DNA from: Clostridia bacterium
GTDB lineage: Bacteria > Bacillota > Clostridia > Christensenellales > Borkfalkiaceae
Assembly: GCA_029066845.1 (NCBI GenBank)
Contig: JAIEFR010000017.1
Coordinates: forward strand, 56,805-120,804
Length of the DNA stretch: 64,000 bases
Direction: 5' to 3'
The notes beneath the pieces are model-generated. The model saw only the letters and a program-made list of their open reading frames with translations, ran no database searches and had not been told where the DNA came from. A program made the position numbers and the translations under genes. Of this stretch, positions 54,009 through 62,604 are shown in pieces. Every line of letters begins with the position of its first letter. Positions within the stretch are counted from its first letter, which is position 1.

Positions 54009-55235
54009 CTATGCACTTTTCTTATATACAATGCGGGGTTCCGCCCTGTCCGTAATGCACTTTTGCGTGACTATTACTTCCTCGACGTTCTTTTCCGACG
54101 GCACTTTGTACATTACGGAGGTCATAAAGCCTTCGATAATGGTTCTCAGTCCCCTTGCGCCCGTCTTTAAATTGATTGCGGTGCGCGCGATTTCCCTTAC
54201 CGCCTCATCCTCAACGGTGAGCTTTACGCCGTCGAGAGCCATAAGCTTCTGGTACTGCTTAATAATCGCGTTGCGCGGCTCGGTTAAAATATTGACAAGC
54301 GCAGTTTCGTCCAGCGGATGAAGCGCAACCACGATGGGCACGCGCCCTACGAATTCGGGAATCAAACCGAACTTGGTAAGGTCCTGAGGCTTGACGTCCT
54401 CCAACGCCTTGTAGGTATCGGTATCCGCCGTCTTGACCTCTCCGCCGAAGCCGAGCGACGCAGTATCCTTGCGCGCCTGCACGATTTTGTCCAGCCCGAC
54501 GAACGCGCCGCCGCAGATGAACAGTATATTCGTGGTGTCTATCCTCAGGCACTCCTGCTGGGGGTGCTTTCTGCCGCCCTGAGGGGGAACGTTTGCAACC
54601 GTGCTTTCGATAATCTTTAAAAGAGCCTGCTGTACGCCCTCGCCCGAAACGTCGCGAGTGATGGAAACGTTTTCACTCTTTCTTGCTATCTTGTCGATTT
54701 CGTCGATATATATGATGCCGCGTTCTGCTCTTTCCACGTTATAGTCGGCGTTCTGGATAAGCTTTAACAGAATATTTTCCACGTCCTCGCCTACGTAGCC
54801 CGCCTCGGTTAAGGTGGTTGCGTCCGTAGCCGCGAAGGGCACGTTCAAAATTCTTGCAAGCGTACGGGCAAGCAGGGTTTTGCCGCAGCCCGTGGGACCG
54901 AGAAGCAGAATATTGCTCTTTTCTATTTCAACCTCGTCAAGGTCATTATCCTTGTTGAGCTTGTTATTGATGCGCTTATAGTGGTTGTACACCGCAACGG
55001 AGAGAACCTTTTTCGCCTCGTCCTGACCGACGATATACTTGTCCAGCTCGTCCTTTATCTCGGAAGGCTTTTTGAGGGGCACGGGCTCTACGGAGTCCTC
55101 CACCGTATCGCGAATCATATCCCTGCAAATTTCCACGCATTCGTCGCATATGAACGAATCGTTCTGACCTGCAATAAGCCTTTTGACCAAATCTTCGGGC
55201 TTGCCGCAGAACGAACAGAATTTCTGATTTTTCAT
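54009..55235 (-). CDS. clpX: ATP-dependent Clp protease ATP-binding subunit ClpX
   Basis: 408 aa. N-terminal zinc-binding CSFCGK...CDEC, Walker [17 protein letters not shown] pore loop. Confidence 0.97.
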   Translation of the reverse strand: MKNQKFCSFCGKPEDLVKRLIAGQNDSFICDECVEICRDMIRDTVEDSVEPVPLKKPSEIKDELDKYIVGQDEAKKVLSVAVYNHYKRINNKLNKDNDLDEVEIEKSNILLLGPTGCGKTLLARTLARILNVPFAATDATTLTEAGYVGEDVENILLKLIQNADYNVERAERGIIYIDEIDKIARKSENVSITRDVSGEGVQQALLKIIESTVANVPPQGGRKHPQQECLRIDTTNILFICGGAFVGLDKIVQARKDTASLGFGGEVKTADTDTYKALEDVKPQDLTKFGLIPEFVGRVPIVVALHPLDETALVNILTEPRNAIIKQYQKLMALDGVKLTVEDEAVREIARTAINLKTGARGLRTIIEGFMTSVMYKVPSEKNVEEVIVTQKCITDRAEPRIVYKKSA

Positions 55236-55316
55236 TTAAACTCCCGAGCGCCGACTTAAAAAAATTTGCGTTTGCCGACGCTGTCGATATTTATTATAGA
55301 CCGATTTTACGGAAAA

Positions 55317-55913
55317 TTATCTCTTGAAGAAAACTTTATCTATAAGTCCGTAATTTAGAGCCTCCTCCGCAGAGAGATAGTTGTCCCTGTCGGTGTCGCG
55401 CTCTATCTGCTCCAACGGCTTGCCGCTGTTCTGCGCGAGTATGGTGTTAAGCTTTTTCTTGGTCTTTAAGATGTGTTCAGCTGCAATCTTGATGTCGCTT
55501 GCCTGACCCTGCGCGCCGCCGAGAGGCTGGTGAATCATAATCTCGCTGTTGGGGAGAGCAAACCTCTTGCCCTTTGCGCCGCTGGACAACAGGAACGCGC
55601 CCATCGAAGCCGCCATACCTATACATATGGTGGAAACGTCGCACTGGATATAGTTCATCGTGTCGTAGATTGCAAGACCTGCGGAAACCGAGCCGCCGGG
55701 GCTGTTGATATACAGATTGATGTCCTTGGCAGGGTCCTTGTGCTCGAGGTAGATGAGCTGGGCAACGACGGTGTTTGCAACCGCGTCGTCAATCTCGCCG
55801 CTCAAAAATATAATTCTGTCCTCTAAAAGTCTGGAATAGATGTCGTAGGAACGCTCTCCGCGCGAGGTCTGCTCCACGATATAGGGAACGAGCGCATTCT
55901 TTTCGTTTGCCAT
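55317..55913 (-). CDS. clpP: ATP-dependent Clp protease proteolytic subunit ClpP
   Basis: 198 aa. [11 protein letters not shown] (catalytic Ser) and IMIHQP (His) motifs. Confidence 0.97.
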   Translation of the reverse strand: MANEKNALVPYIVEQTSRGERSYDIYSRLLEDRIIFLSGEIDDAVANTVVAQLIYLEHKDPAKDINLYINSPGGSVSAGLAIYDTMNYIQCDVSTICIGMAASMGAFLLSSGAKGKRFALPNSEIMIHQPLGGAQGQASDIKIAAEHILKTKKKLNTILAQNSGKPLEQIERDTDRDNYLSAEEALNYGLIDKVFFKR

Positions 55914-56029
55914 TGTTTACTTCTCCTTTTCAAGCAAATTTATTTCGATAATTATTTTTACGGCGGCAAAACAATTAAATAAGTAAAGCCGCCGCATCAG
56001 GATATTTTCAACTATTAAAAACGGTTTAT

Positions 56030-57322
56030 TCAAGCAACGAGCTTGTTGTTTGCCGTCAGGAAATCGAAGAGCTTGGTGATTACTATATCGTTTGCGATAT
56101 ACTCCATTCTTCTCGAATCGAGGTTCTTCTTGTAGTCGTCAACCGACTTATCGACCGAAGCCGCCTGCTCGGCAATCTTGGCTTCTATCTCTTCCTGAGT
56201 TGCGGTTATGTTTTCGTCCTTTATAATCTTTTCGATTACGAGCTGGGTGAGCACGCGGCTTCTTGCCTGCTCGGCAAACTGCGCCCTGAACTGCTCCATC
56301 GTCTGACCCATATACTCGATGTAATCTTTGAGCTGTAAGCCCTGATATGCAAGCCTCTGCGAAAAGTCGCGTACGATATTGTCCACTTCGCCGTCAATCA
56401 TAGCCTGGGGAATTTCGCACTCGCAGGTTGCGCATATAGCCTGTAATATGCTGTTTTCGGTCTGGTCGCGGCTGTCGTTCTTCGCCTTGTTTTCAAGACG
56501 CTCCTTGACTCTTTCCATATAAGCCGCTACCGTTTCGCTGCCCGCGTGCTTCTTGACGTATTCGTCGGTCATCTCGGGAAGTTCCTTGCCCTTGATTGCG
56601 TGCAGTTTGATGTGGAAGGTTGCTTCCTTGCCCTTTAAATTGTCAGCCTGATAATCCGCGGGGAAGGTCACCTTTATGTCCCTCTCATCGCCGATTTTCA
56701 TACCTGCAACCTGGTCTTCGAAACCGGGAATGAACGAGCCGCTTCCCAGTTCGAGGTCATACTTTTCCATAGAGCCGCCGGCGAACTGTTCGCCGTCCAC
56801 GGAGCCGGAGAAGTCGATATTTACGGTATCGCCGTTCTTGCACGCTCTGTCGGTGACCTCAACGGTCTTAGCCTCGCGCAGAAGAATTTTATCCGCCTCG
56901 GTTTTTATTTCCTCTTCGGTCACATTATATTCATACTTTTTGATTTCTAAACCCTTGTAGCTGCCGATTTTTACTTCGGGCTTTACGGGAACAATCGCCG
57001 TGAGTACGACCTTCTCGTCCGAAAACTCGTCAACCGAAAGCTCGGGTGCGCCGACTGCGGTGAAGTTCGCGCTCTCCTTTTCGATTATTGCGGGATAGTG
57101 CTCGGAATAGAGTACGTTTAAAGCGTCGTCAAAGAAAACGCCCTTGCCGTAGTAATTCTCGATTACGGGCTTGGGGCACTTGCCCTTTCTGAAACCGGGA
57201 ACGGCATACTTGCCGCGCGTTCTCAGATACGCCTGGTCGATTGCCTTCTTCCATTCTTCACCCGTGAAATTTATTACGAGCTTGACTGTGCTTTTTTCAG
57301 ATGCTTCGAAAGTGTAGTTCAT
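56030..57322 (-). CDS. tig: Trigger factor
   Basis: 430 aa. GFRKGK ribosome-binding signature and a central FKBP-type PPIase. Canonical tig-clpP-clpX-lon order. Confidence 0.95.
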   Translation of the reverse strand: MNYTFEASEKSTVKLVINFTGEEWKKAIDQAYLRTRGKYAVPGFRKGKCPKPVIENYYGKGVFFDDALNVLYSEHYPAIIEKESANFTAVGAPELSVDEFSDEKVVLTAIVPVKPEVKIGSYKGLEIKKYEYNVTEEEIKTEADKILLREAKTVEVTDRACKNGDTVNIDFSGSVDGEQFAGGSMEKYDLELGSGSFIPGFEDQVAGMKIGDERDIKVTFPADYQADNLKGKEATFHIKLHAIKGKELPEMTDEYVKKHAGSETVAAYMERVKERLENKAKNDSRDQTENSILQAICATCECEIPQAMIDGEVDNIVRDFSQRLAYQGLQLKDYIEYMGQTMEQFRAQFAEQARSRVLTQLVIEKIIKDENITATQEEIEAKIAEQAASVDKSVDDYKKNLDSRRMEYIANDIVITKLFDFLTANNKLVA

Positions 57323-57482
57323 TGATGTTCTCCTGATTGAAAATACCGATTATTTTAATACGGATAATATTCTAACACAATTCTTTTGTTTTGAAAAGCG
57401 TTTTTAAGACCGTATACAATTTACTTTTTATTTTTTTTGGGATATAATGGCTAGGTAAAAACTTTTGCTTGAAGGATTGACT

Positions 57483-59162
57483 ATGCCACAGGACGCGTTT
57501 ACGCTGCGATACGTCGTAAGGGAGCTTGAAGCTTTATTCACGGGCGGAAAAATTTCAAAAATTAATCAGCCCGAAAAGGACCTGCTCTCCCTTTTAATAT
57601 ACACGCGTTCGGGCACGGTTAAACTGGATATAGACCTTTCGGCAAAATATTGCAGGGTGAGCGCGGGCGAAAGCTTCGATTTGCCCAACCCCAAAGTCGC
57701 GCCCAACTTCTGTATGCTTTTGAGAAAGCACTTGCAGAACGCCGAAATCACCGCCGTCGGGCAGGTCGGGTTCGAGAGGGTTTTGTATTTCGACTTCAAG
57801 TGTTTTTCTGAATTCGAAATCGCCGATATGCGACTGTACCTCGAAATTATGGGCAAGTACTCCAACGCGGTGCTTACGAAGGACGGAATTATAGTCGGAG
57901 CATTGAAGACCGCTTCGCTGGAAACGGGTGCACGGCGCGTGACGCTTGGAGGCGCGAAATACCTCTTGCCCGAAAAGCAGGACAAGGTTGACCCGACCGA
58001 CCTGAACGCGTTAAAGCTTTTGTTCGAAGACAGGACGGGCGATTTAGCTAAATTTATAGCCGACAGAGTTACGGGCATAGCCTACGTAACCGCCGAAGAT
58101 ATTGCAAACTTTTACGGCGAAAACGCCACGGCGGAGCAGGTATATTCCTACATCAACGACCCCTCCTACACCCCCTGCGTTTTGTACCGCGGAGACGAAG
58201 CCGTTGACTTTAAAGCGCGTGCAACCGAGGGTGCGAAAGAGCGTGAAAATCTGTTGAAAGCGCAGGCGGAATATTACACGTACTCCGTTCAGAAAAAGCT
58301 GTTTGCGGACAAGAAGCGCAGGCTTATTTCCGCGCTGTCCTCCGCCGAAAAGAAGGTTGAAAAGCGGCTTGCGGGCATATACGAAAAGCTTGCCGAATGT
58401 GAGAAATGCGAGGACGTAAAACTGCGCGGAGAGTTTATTACCGCCAATATATACGCCCTTGAACGGGGAATGAGCGCGTTTGAAGCGGTAAATTATTACG
58501 ACGAGAACTGCGGCAAAATCACCGTTGAACTCGACTCGCGGCTTACCCCGGCGCAAAACGCGCAGAAGTATTATAAGAAGTACGCCAAGCTTAAACGCAC
58601 GGCGCAGAACCTCACCGCGCAGAAGAGCGAAAGCGAGCAAAGGCTTGCCTATCTCAAAAGCATTGCGGGCAACCTGAACGCCGCAGAAAACCTTTGCGAC
58701 CTTGCTGAAACCGAGGAGGAGCTAATATCCATTTCGCTTATCCCCGCGCCAAAAACAGACGGCAAAAAGAAGAACAAAAACGCGGCTGTGGAAAGCCCCT
58801 TCCGCAAATTCGTTTACGGCGGATTTACCGTTATTTGCGGGCGTAACAATCTGCAGAACGACAGACTTACAAAAGGACTTTCGTCCACCGATATATGGCT
58901 GCACGCAAAGACCTTCCACTCCTCCCACGTCGGTATTCTGACCGACGGCAAGAGCGCGGACGACGGCGTGATTAAGTTTGCCGCGGAGGTCTGCGCCTAC
59001 TATTCGGAGGCGCGAGAGAAGGACAAAGTACCCGTTGATTTTACCTTGAAAAAATACGTTAAAAAGCCCAACGGCGCACACACGGGCTTTGCGGTTTACA
59101 CCGACTTCAAGACCATTTTAGTTGCGCCGAACGCACACACGGAGGACAGATGCGATGAGTGA
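57483..59162 (+). CDS. rqcH: NFACT-family ribosome quality control protein (RqcH / FbpA-like)
   Basis: About 559 aa from ATG 57483. N-terminal NFACT-N (KINQPEKDLL), coiled-coil middle, C-terminal DUF814-like region (WLHAKTFHSSHV). Confidence 0.85.
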   Translation: MPQDAFTLRYVVRELEALFTGGKISKINQPEKDLLSLLIYTRSGTVKLDIDLSAKYCRVSAGESFDLPNPKVAPNFCMLLRKHLQNAEITAVGQVGFERVLYFDFKCFSEFEIADMRLYLEIMGKYSNAVLTKDGIIVGALKTASLETGARRVTLGGAKYLLPEKQDKVDPTDLNALKLLFEDRTGDLAKFIADRVTGIAYVTAEDIANFYGENATAEQVYSYINDPSYTPCVLYRGDEAVDFKARATEGAKERENLLKAQAEYYTYSVQKKLFADKKRRLISALSSAEKKVEKRLAGIYEKLAECEKCEDVKLRGEFITANIYALERGMSAFEAVNYYDENCGKITVELDSRLTPAQNAQKYYKKYAKLKRTAQNLTAQKSESEQRLAYLKSIAGNLNAAENLCDLAETEEELISISLIPAPKTDGKKKNKNAAVESPFRKFVYGGFTVICGRNNLQNDRLTKGLSSTDIWLHAKTFHSSHVGILTDGKSADDGVIKFAAEVCAYYSEAREKDKVPVDFTLKKYVKKPNGAHTGFAVYTDFKTILVAPNAHTEDRCDE

Positions 59163-59526
59163 ACAAGACATTAACGAGCAGGAAGAAAAAGAAGAAAGCA
59201 CCGAAGTTTCAACCGAGGCGCAGCCCGAAGCTCAGCCCGAAGAAAACGGCGGCAAAAACAGCCTTTTATGCTTTTACATTGCCGCAGTCTGTTTCGCCCT
59301 GGGGTGCGTGCTTTTCGGCATTTCCTTTGCCATAAAGGGCGCGGGCGTATACCTGCTTATATCGAGTATGATTTCCGAGCTTGCGTGCGTTTCCTTTCTG
59401 AACGGACAGAAAAAGCACGGCGAAATCAAGGCTTGTAAAATAATAAGAATTCTGAGCTATATCGTAATGGCGGCGGGCATAATCGTATTCGTTATAGGAA
59501 TGAGCCTTTCCGCTTCCGCCAAATAG
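59155..59526 (+). CDS. Small membrane protein with acidic N-terminus
   Basis: ATG 59155 overlaps the rqcH stop. 123 aa with three TM-like segments. Confidence 0.5.
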   Translation: MSEQDINEQEEKEESTEVSTEAQPEAQPEENGGKNSLLCFYIAAVCFALGCVLFGISFAIKGAGVYLLISSMISELACVSFLNGQKKHGEIKACKIIRILSYIVMAAGIIVFVIGMSLSASAK

Positions 59527-59574
59527 CTTTAAACACGAATAAAATTGCGGATTTTGTACCATTATTAAAAGTAA

Positions 59575-59961
59575 ATGGAAGAAATCTGCACCACCCTTTC
59601 CGCTCAGCTTTGCGAAGCAGGCACGGGCGGATATAAAATTTATTACGAAGAGGAACTTCTGGACGCGTTGCCCGACGATATGCGCAACCGCGAGACGCTG
59701 GAAGCCGCGCTTAAAAATCTTTCTGGCGGCGGATATATCGACGTCAAGTATGCGCGCGGCAACGCCTTTTGCATATGCTCGTTTAAAAGGTACGAGCCCG
59801 TCGTCAAGGAAGAGCCTGCGCCCGTTGAAGCGGCGGAAGCCGTTGCCGTAAATCCGGCTCCCTCTATCCCCAAAAGATTCTACGCGATATCCGCGCTGTG
59901 CGCGTTTGCGGGCGGAGCCTTGGGCGGTTGCGTTGCCGCCGTTTTAGGGGCGGTGCTGTGA
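59575..59961 (+). CDS. Hypothetical protein with C-terminal TM anchor
   Basis: 128 aa. Soluble N-domain (…LKNLSGGGYIDVKY…), Pro/Ala linker, C-terminal hydrophobic helix. Confidence 0.45.
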   Translation: MEEICTTLSAQLCEAGTGGYKIYYEEELLDALPDDMRNRETLEAALKNLSGGGYIDVKYARGNAFCICSFKRYEPVVKEEPAPVEAAEAVAVNPAPSIPKRFYAISALCAFAGGALGGCVAAVLGAVL

Positions 59962-59962
59962 T

Positions 59963-60325
59963 ATGCTGAGCCGCTGTGAAAACGACGTGATGCGCGCCGT
60001 GTACTGCCTTTGCGACGGCACCGACGGTTGTCTGATTTCTCCTATGGACATTATGAGTATTCTTCCCGCCGGAAGAAAGTACAGCTACGAACGGCTGGAC
60101 GACGCCCTTTACGCATTGCAGACCGACGGTTATTTAGACGTGATTTCTTCCGAACGCAAGGGCGAAAGAATGTACGTTATTTCGCTTAAAGAGAGCGGAC
60201 TTGCCTATAAGCGCAAGGAAAAACAAAGACGGCAGGATATTCTCTACAAGATTTTTTTAGGTCTTATAGGCGCCACCGCCACCTTTATTTTCGGTTTGAT
60301 TTTAAAGGCGATATTCGGAGTATAG
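59963..60325 (+). CDS. Hypothetical protein with C-terminal TM anchor (apparent paralogue of the preceding gene)
   Basis: 120 aa. …LYALQTDGYLDVIS… plus a basic linker and a C-terminal TM. Starts 2 nt after the previous stop. Confidence 0.45.
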   Translation: MLSRCENDVMRAVYCLCDGTDGCLISPMDIMSILPAGRKYSYERLDDALYALQTDGYLDVISSERKGERMYVISLKESGLAYKRKEKQRRQDILYKIFLGLIGATATFIFGLILKAIFGV

Positions 60326-60340
60326 TCAGGGATATAACAT

Positions 60341-60386
60341 AAAAAAAGCGCCCCGCGCAAAGTTTTGCGCGGGGCGTTATTATTTT
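60341..60386. terminator. Bidirectional terminator
   Basis: A7, cgccccgcgcaaa / tttgcgcggggcg, then a T-rich run. Confidence 0.8.
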
Positions 60387-60390
60387 TCTT

Positions 60391-61755
60391 TTATGCTTCG
60401 CAGAAGGCTATCATAGCTTTGTGCATAGAATACAGGTCGGCTTTGGAAACAACCTCGTAGGGCGCGTGCATCGAAAGCACGGGCACGCCCATATCGCAGG
60501 TGTCTATGCCGAGGTTGGCGATATACATTGCAACGGTGCCGCCTCCTCCTATATCGATCTTGCCTAGCTCGCCCGTCTGCCAGATAACGCCCGCCTTGTC
60601 GAAGGCGTCGCGAAGGTACCCGACCATTTCGGCGGAAGCGTCGTTGGTGGAGTTCTTACCGCGCGAACCGTGGTACTTGGTGAGCGACGCGCCGCAGTGT
60701 ATATACGAAGCGTTGCGCTTTTCGTAAACGTCGGCATATGCGGGGTCGTAAGCCGCGGTGACGTCGGCGGAAACGCACTTTGAATTGTATCTTACAAGCA
60801 CGGGGTCTGCGCCGAGCGCGCGGGAAACGCACTCTATCAGATCGAGGATAATGCGCGACTGCATACCCGTTACGCCGTTACTTCCCGTCTCCTCCTTGTC
60901 GGCGAAAACGGCGATAATGGTGTCCTTGGAATTGCAGTCGAAAAGCGCGGTCATTTCGGGATAAGCGCACACCTTGTCGTCGTGACCGTAGCCCGATATG
61001 AGCGCGCGGTCAAGTCCTACGTCGCGGGGCTTGCCTGCGGGAACGAAGCACAGCTCGCTGGTCTGGAAATCTATTTCAGTGATGCCGTATTTGTCGTGCA
61101 GAAGTTTTAAAGCCGCGCTCTTTACTCCCGCGTCCTCGTCGCCGTCGGGAATGGAAGCGAGCACTGCGTTGAGGTTTTCACCGTTGATTGCACTGCCGAG
61201 AGGCTTTGCGCTCTGCTCCTGCGCGAGGTGGGGCAGAAGGTCGGATATGTAGAAGATGGGGTCGCCCTCGTCCTCGCCTATGCAGACGTCCACGCGCTTA
61301 CCTCCGGGAAGCATTGCCACGCCGTGCAGCGCAAGAGGAATTGTCGGCCACTGGTACTTTTTGATGCCGCCGTAGTAGTGCGTCTTTAAGAACGCCATTC
61401 CGCTATCCTCGAACAAGGGGTTGGGCTTCAAATCCAGACGGGGGCTGTCAACGTGCGCCGCCATAATCTTTACGCCGTGCTTAGCCACGTCGTTCGTGCC
61501 CACTCTGATTATAAATATATTTTTGTCGCGGTTTACGAAGTAGAGCTTGTCGCCCGCCTTTATCTTGTCGCCGAACGTATAGGGCTTGTAGCCCTTAGCC
61601 TCGCACAGCTTTTTTGCGGTAGCCGTTGCGCCGCGCTCGGTCTTGGAAGTGTACAGAAAGTCCTTATAGCCTTCCGCATATTCGAAGATGGCTTTCAGTT
61701 CCTTCCCGTCCGCCTCCTTGTAATAATTCTTACGCTTGTATTCGTATTCCATCAC
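60391..61755 (-). CDS. M18-family aminopeptidase
   Basis: 454 aa. AAHVDSPRLDLKP, GYGHDDKVC and SMHAPYE motifs as recalled for M18 aminopeptidases. Confidence 0.8.
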   Translation of the reverse strand: MMEYEYKRKNYYKEADGKELKAIFEYAEGYKDFLYTSKTERGATATAKKLCEAKGYKPYTFGDKIKAGDKLYFVNRDKNIFIIRVGTNDVAKHGVKIMAAHVDSPRLDLKPNPLFEDSGMAFLKTHYYGGIKKYQWPTIPLALHGVAMLPGGKRVDVCIGEDEGDPIFYISDLLPHLAQEQSAKPLGSAINGENLNAVLASIPDGDEDAGVKSAALKLLHDKYGITEIDFQTSELCFVPAGKPRDVGLDRALISGYGHDDKVCAYPEMTALFDCNSKDTIIAVFADKEETGSNGVTGMQSRIILDLIECVSRALGADPVLVRYNSKCVSADVTAAYDPAYADVYEKRNASYIHCGASLTKYHGSRGKNSTNDASAEMVGYLRDAFDKAGVIWQTGELGKIDIGGGGTVAMYIANLGIDTCDMGVPVLSMHAPYEVVSKADLYSMHKAMIAFCEA

Positions 61756-61906
61756 CTTATCTCCTTTTTATTTTTCCACACGTCATTATAATATTTCAAG
61801 CCGTTTTTGTCAATACGCACCGACGGCACAAATTAAGAATATTTTTAACTTAATTTTGCACTTTGATATTTACTATTTGGGAAAAATAGTATATAATTGG
61901 GTATAT

Positions 61907-62536
61907 ATGGGTGAAAAACGCTTTACGGCAAAGAAACTTGCGGTGCTGGGCGTGCTGACGGCGCTGAGTTTGATAACTTTTCTTATAGAAAACCTGTTCC
62001 CCCCTCTGTTTATACCTGGGGCTAAGCTGGGACTTGCAAACGCCTTTTCGTTTATCGCCCTCGTCATATATTCGCCGTTGGAGGCGTTTATCATCGTGGG
62101 TGTGCGCACTATTCTCGGCGCGGTGTTCGCAGGCAACCTTTCCGCGGTTTTATACAGCTTTACGGGCGGTATCGTATCTATGGCGGTCAGCTCTGTTCTG
62201 CTCTACTGCGTCCACCCGAAAATTTCGGTTATATGCGTAAGCGTGATTGCCGCGGCTTTCCACAACCTTACGCAGAACGCGGTGTTCGTGCTGTTATCCG
62301 CAACGCCGCTTGCATTTTACTACGCACCATATCTCATTCTTCTGGGAGTGCTGTCCGGCGCGTTTATCGGCGCGGCGGTAACGCTGACAGTCAAGCGCGT
62401 ACCCACCAAAGTTTTTACGCGCGTGACGGGCTTGAAAAATATAGAAAAAATTAAGTTAATCCCTCGGGTCAGAAGCGAGCAAGACAAGGAGCGCGAGCAC
62501 CGACCGACAGGAGTGTACACAGAAGTACACGACTGA
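61907..62536 (+). CDS. Gx-transporter family membrane protein (Hpre_diP_synt_I-like) with an extended C-terminal tail
   Basis: ATG 61907 (the N-terminal track extension is implausible). About 5 TM segments. The last 25 or so codons and the stop lie inside repeat copy 2. Confidence 0.65.
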   Translation: MGEKRFTAKKLAVLGVLTALSLITFLIENLFPPLFIPGAKLGLANAFSFIALVIYSPLEAFIIVGVRTILGAVFAGNLSAVLYSFTGGIVSMAVSSVLLYCVHPKISVICVSVIAAAFHNLTQNAVFVLLSATPLAFYYAPYLILLGVLSGAFIGAAVTLTVKRVPTKVFTRVTGLKNIEKIKLIPRVRSEQDKEREHRPTGVYTEVHD

Positions 62537-62586
62537 GGCGGCGCGGAGCGCAACGCAGTATTGCGAAGCTTATCACCCGAGAAAAG
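62459..62586. repeat. Copy 2 of the repeated structured element of about 125 nt
   Basis: Conserved blocks at 62478-62497 and 62556-62573. Hairpin 62513-62530 (gtgtac/gtacac). Outer stem 62463-62469/62575-62581. Confidence 0.7.
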
Positions 62587-62604
62587 TAATAAGGAGGAAT
62601 AATA

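Noticed and set aside
55914-56029. Possible terminator or CtsR/HrcA operator between tig and clpP
   Set aside because: The ggcggc/gccgcc hairpin has a 20-nt loop and no T-run on the coding strand. I saw no CtsR (GGTCAAA repeat) or CIRCE sequence.
61863-61909. TATAAT (61892-61897) only 9 nt before the Gx-transporter ATG, suggesting a leaderless mRNA
   Set aside because: No convincing -35 or extended -10 is present and the AT-rich context makes chance TATAAT likely. The evidence is insufficient.
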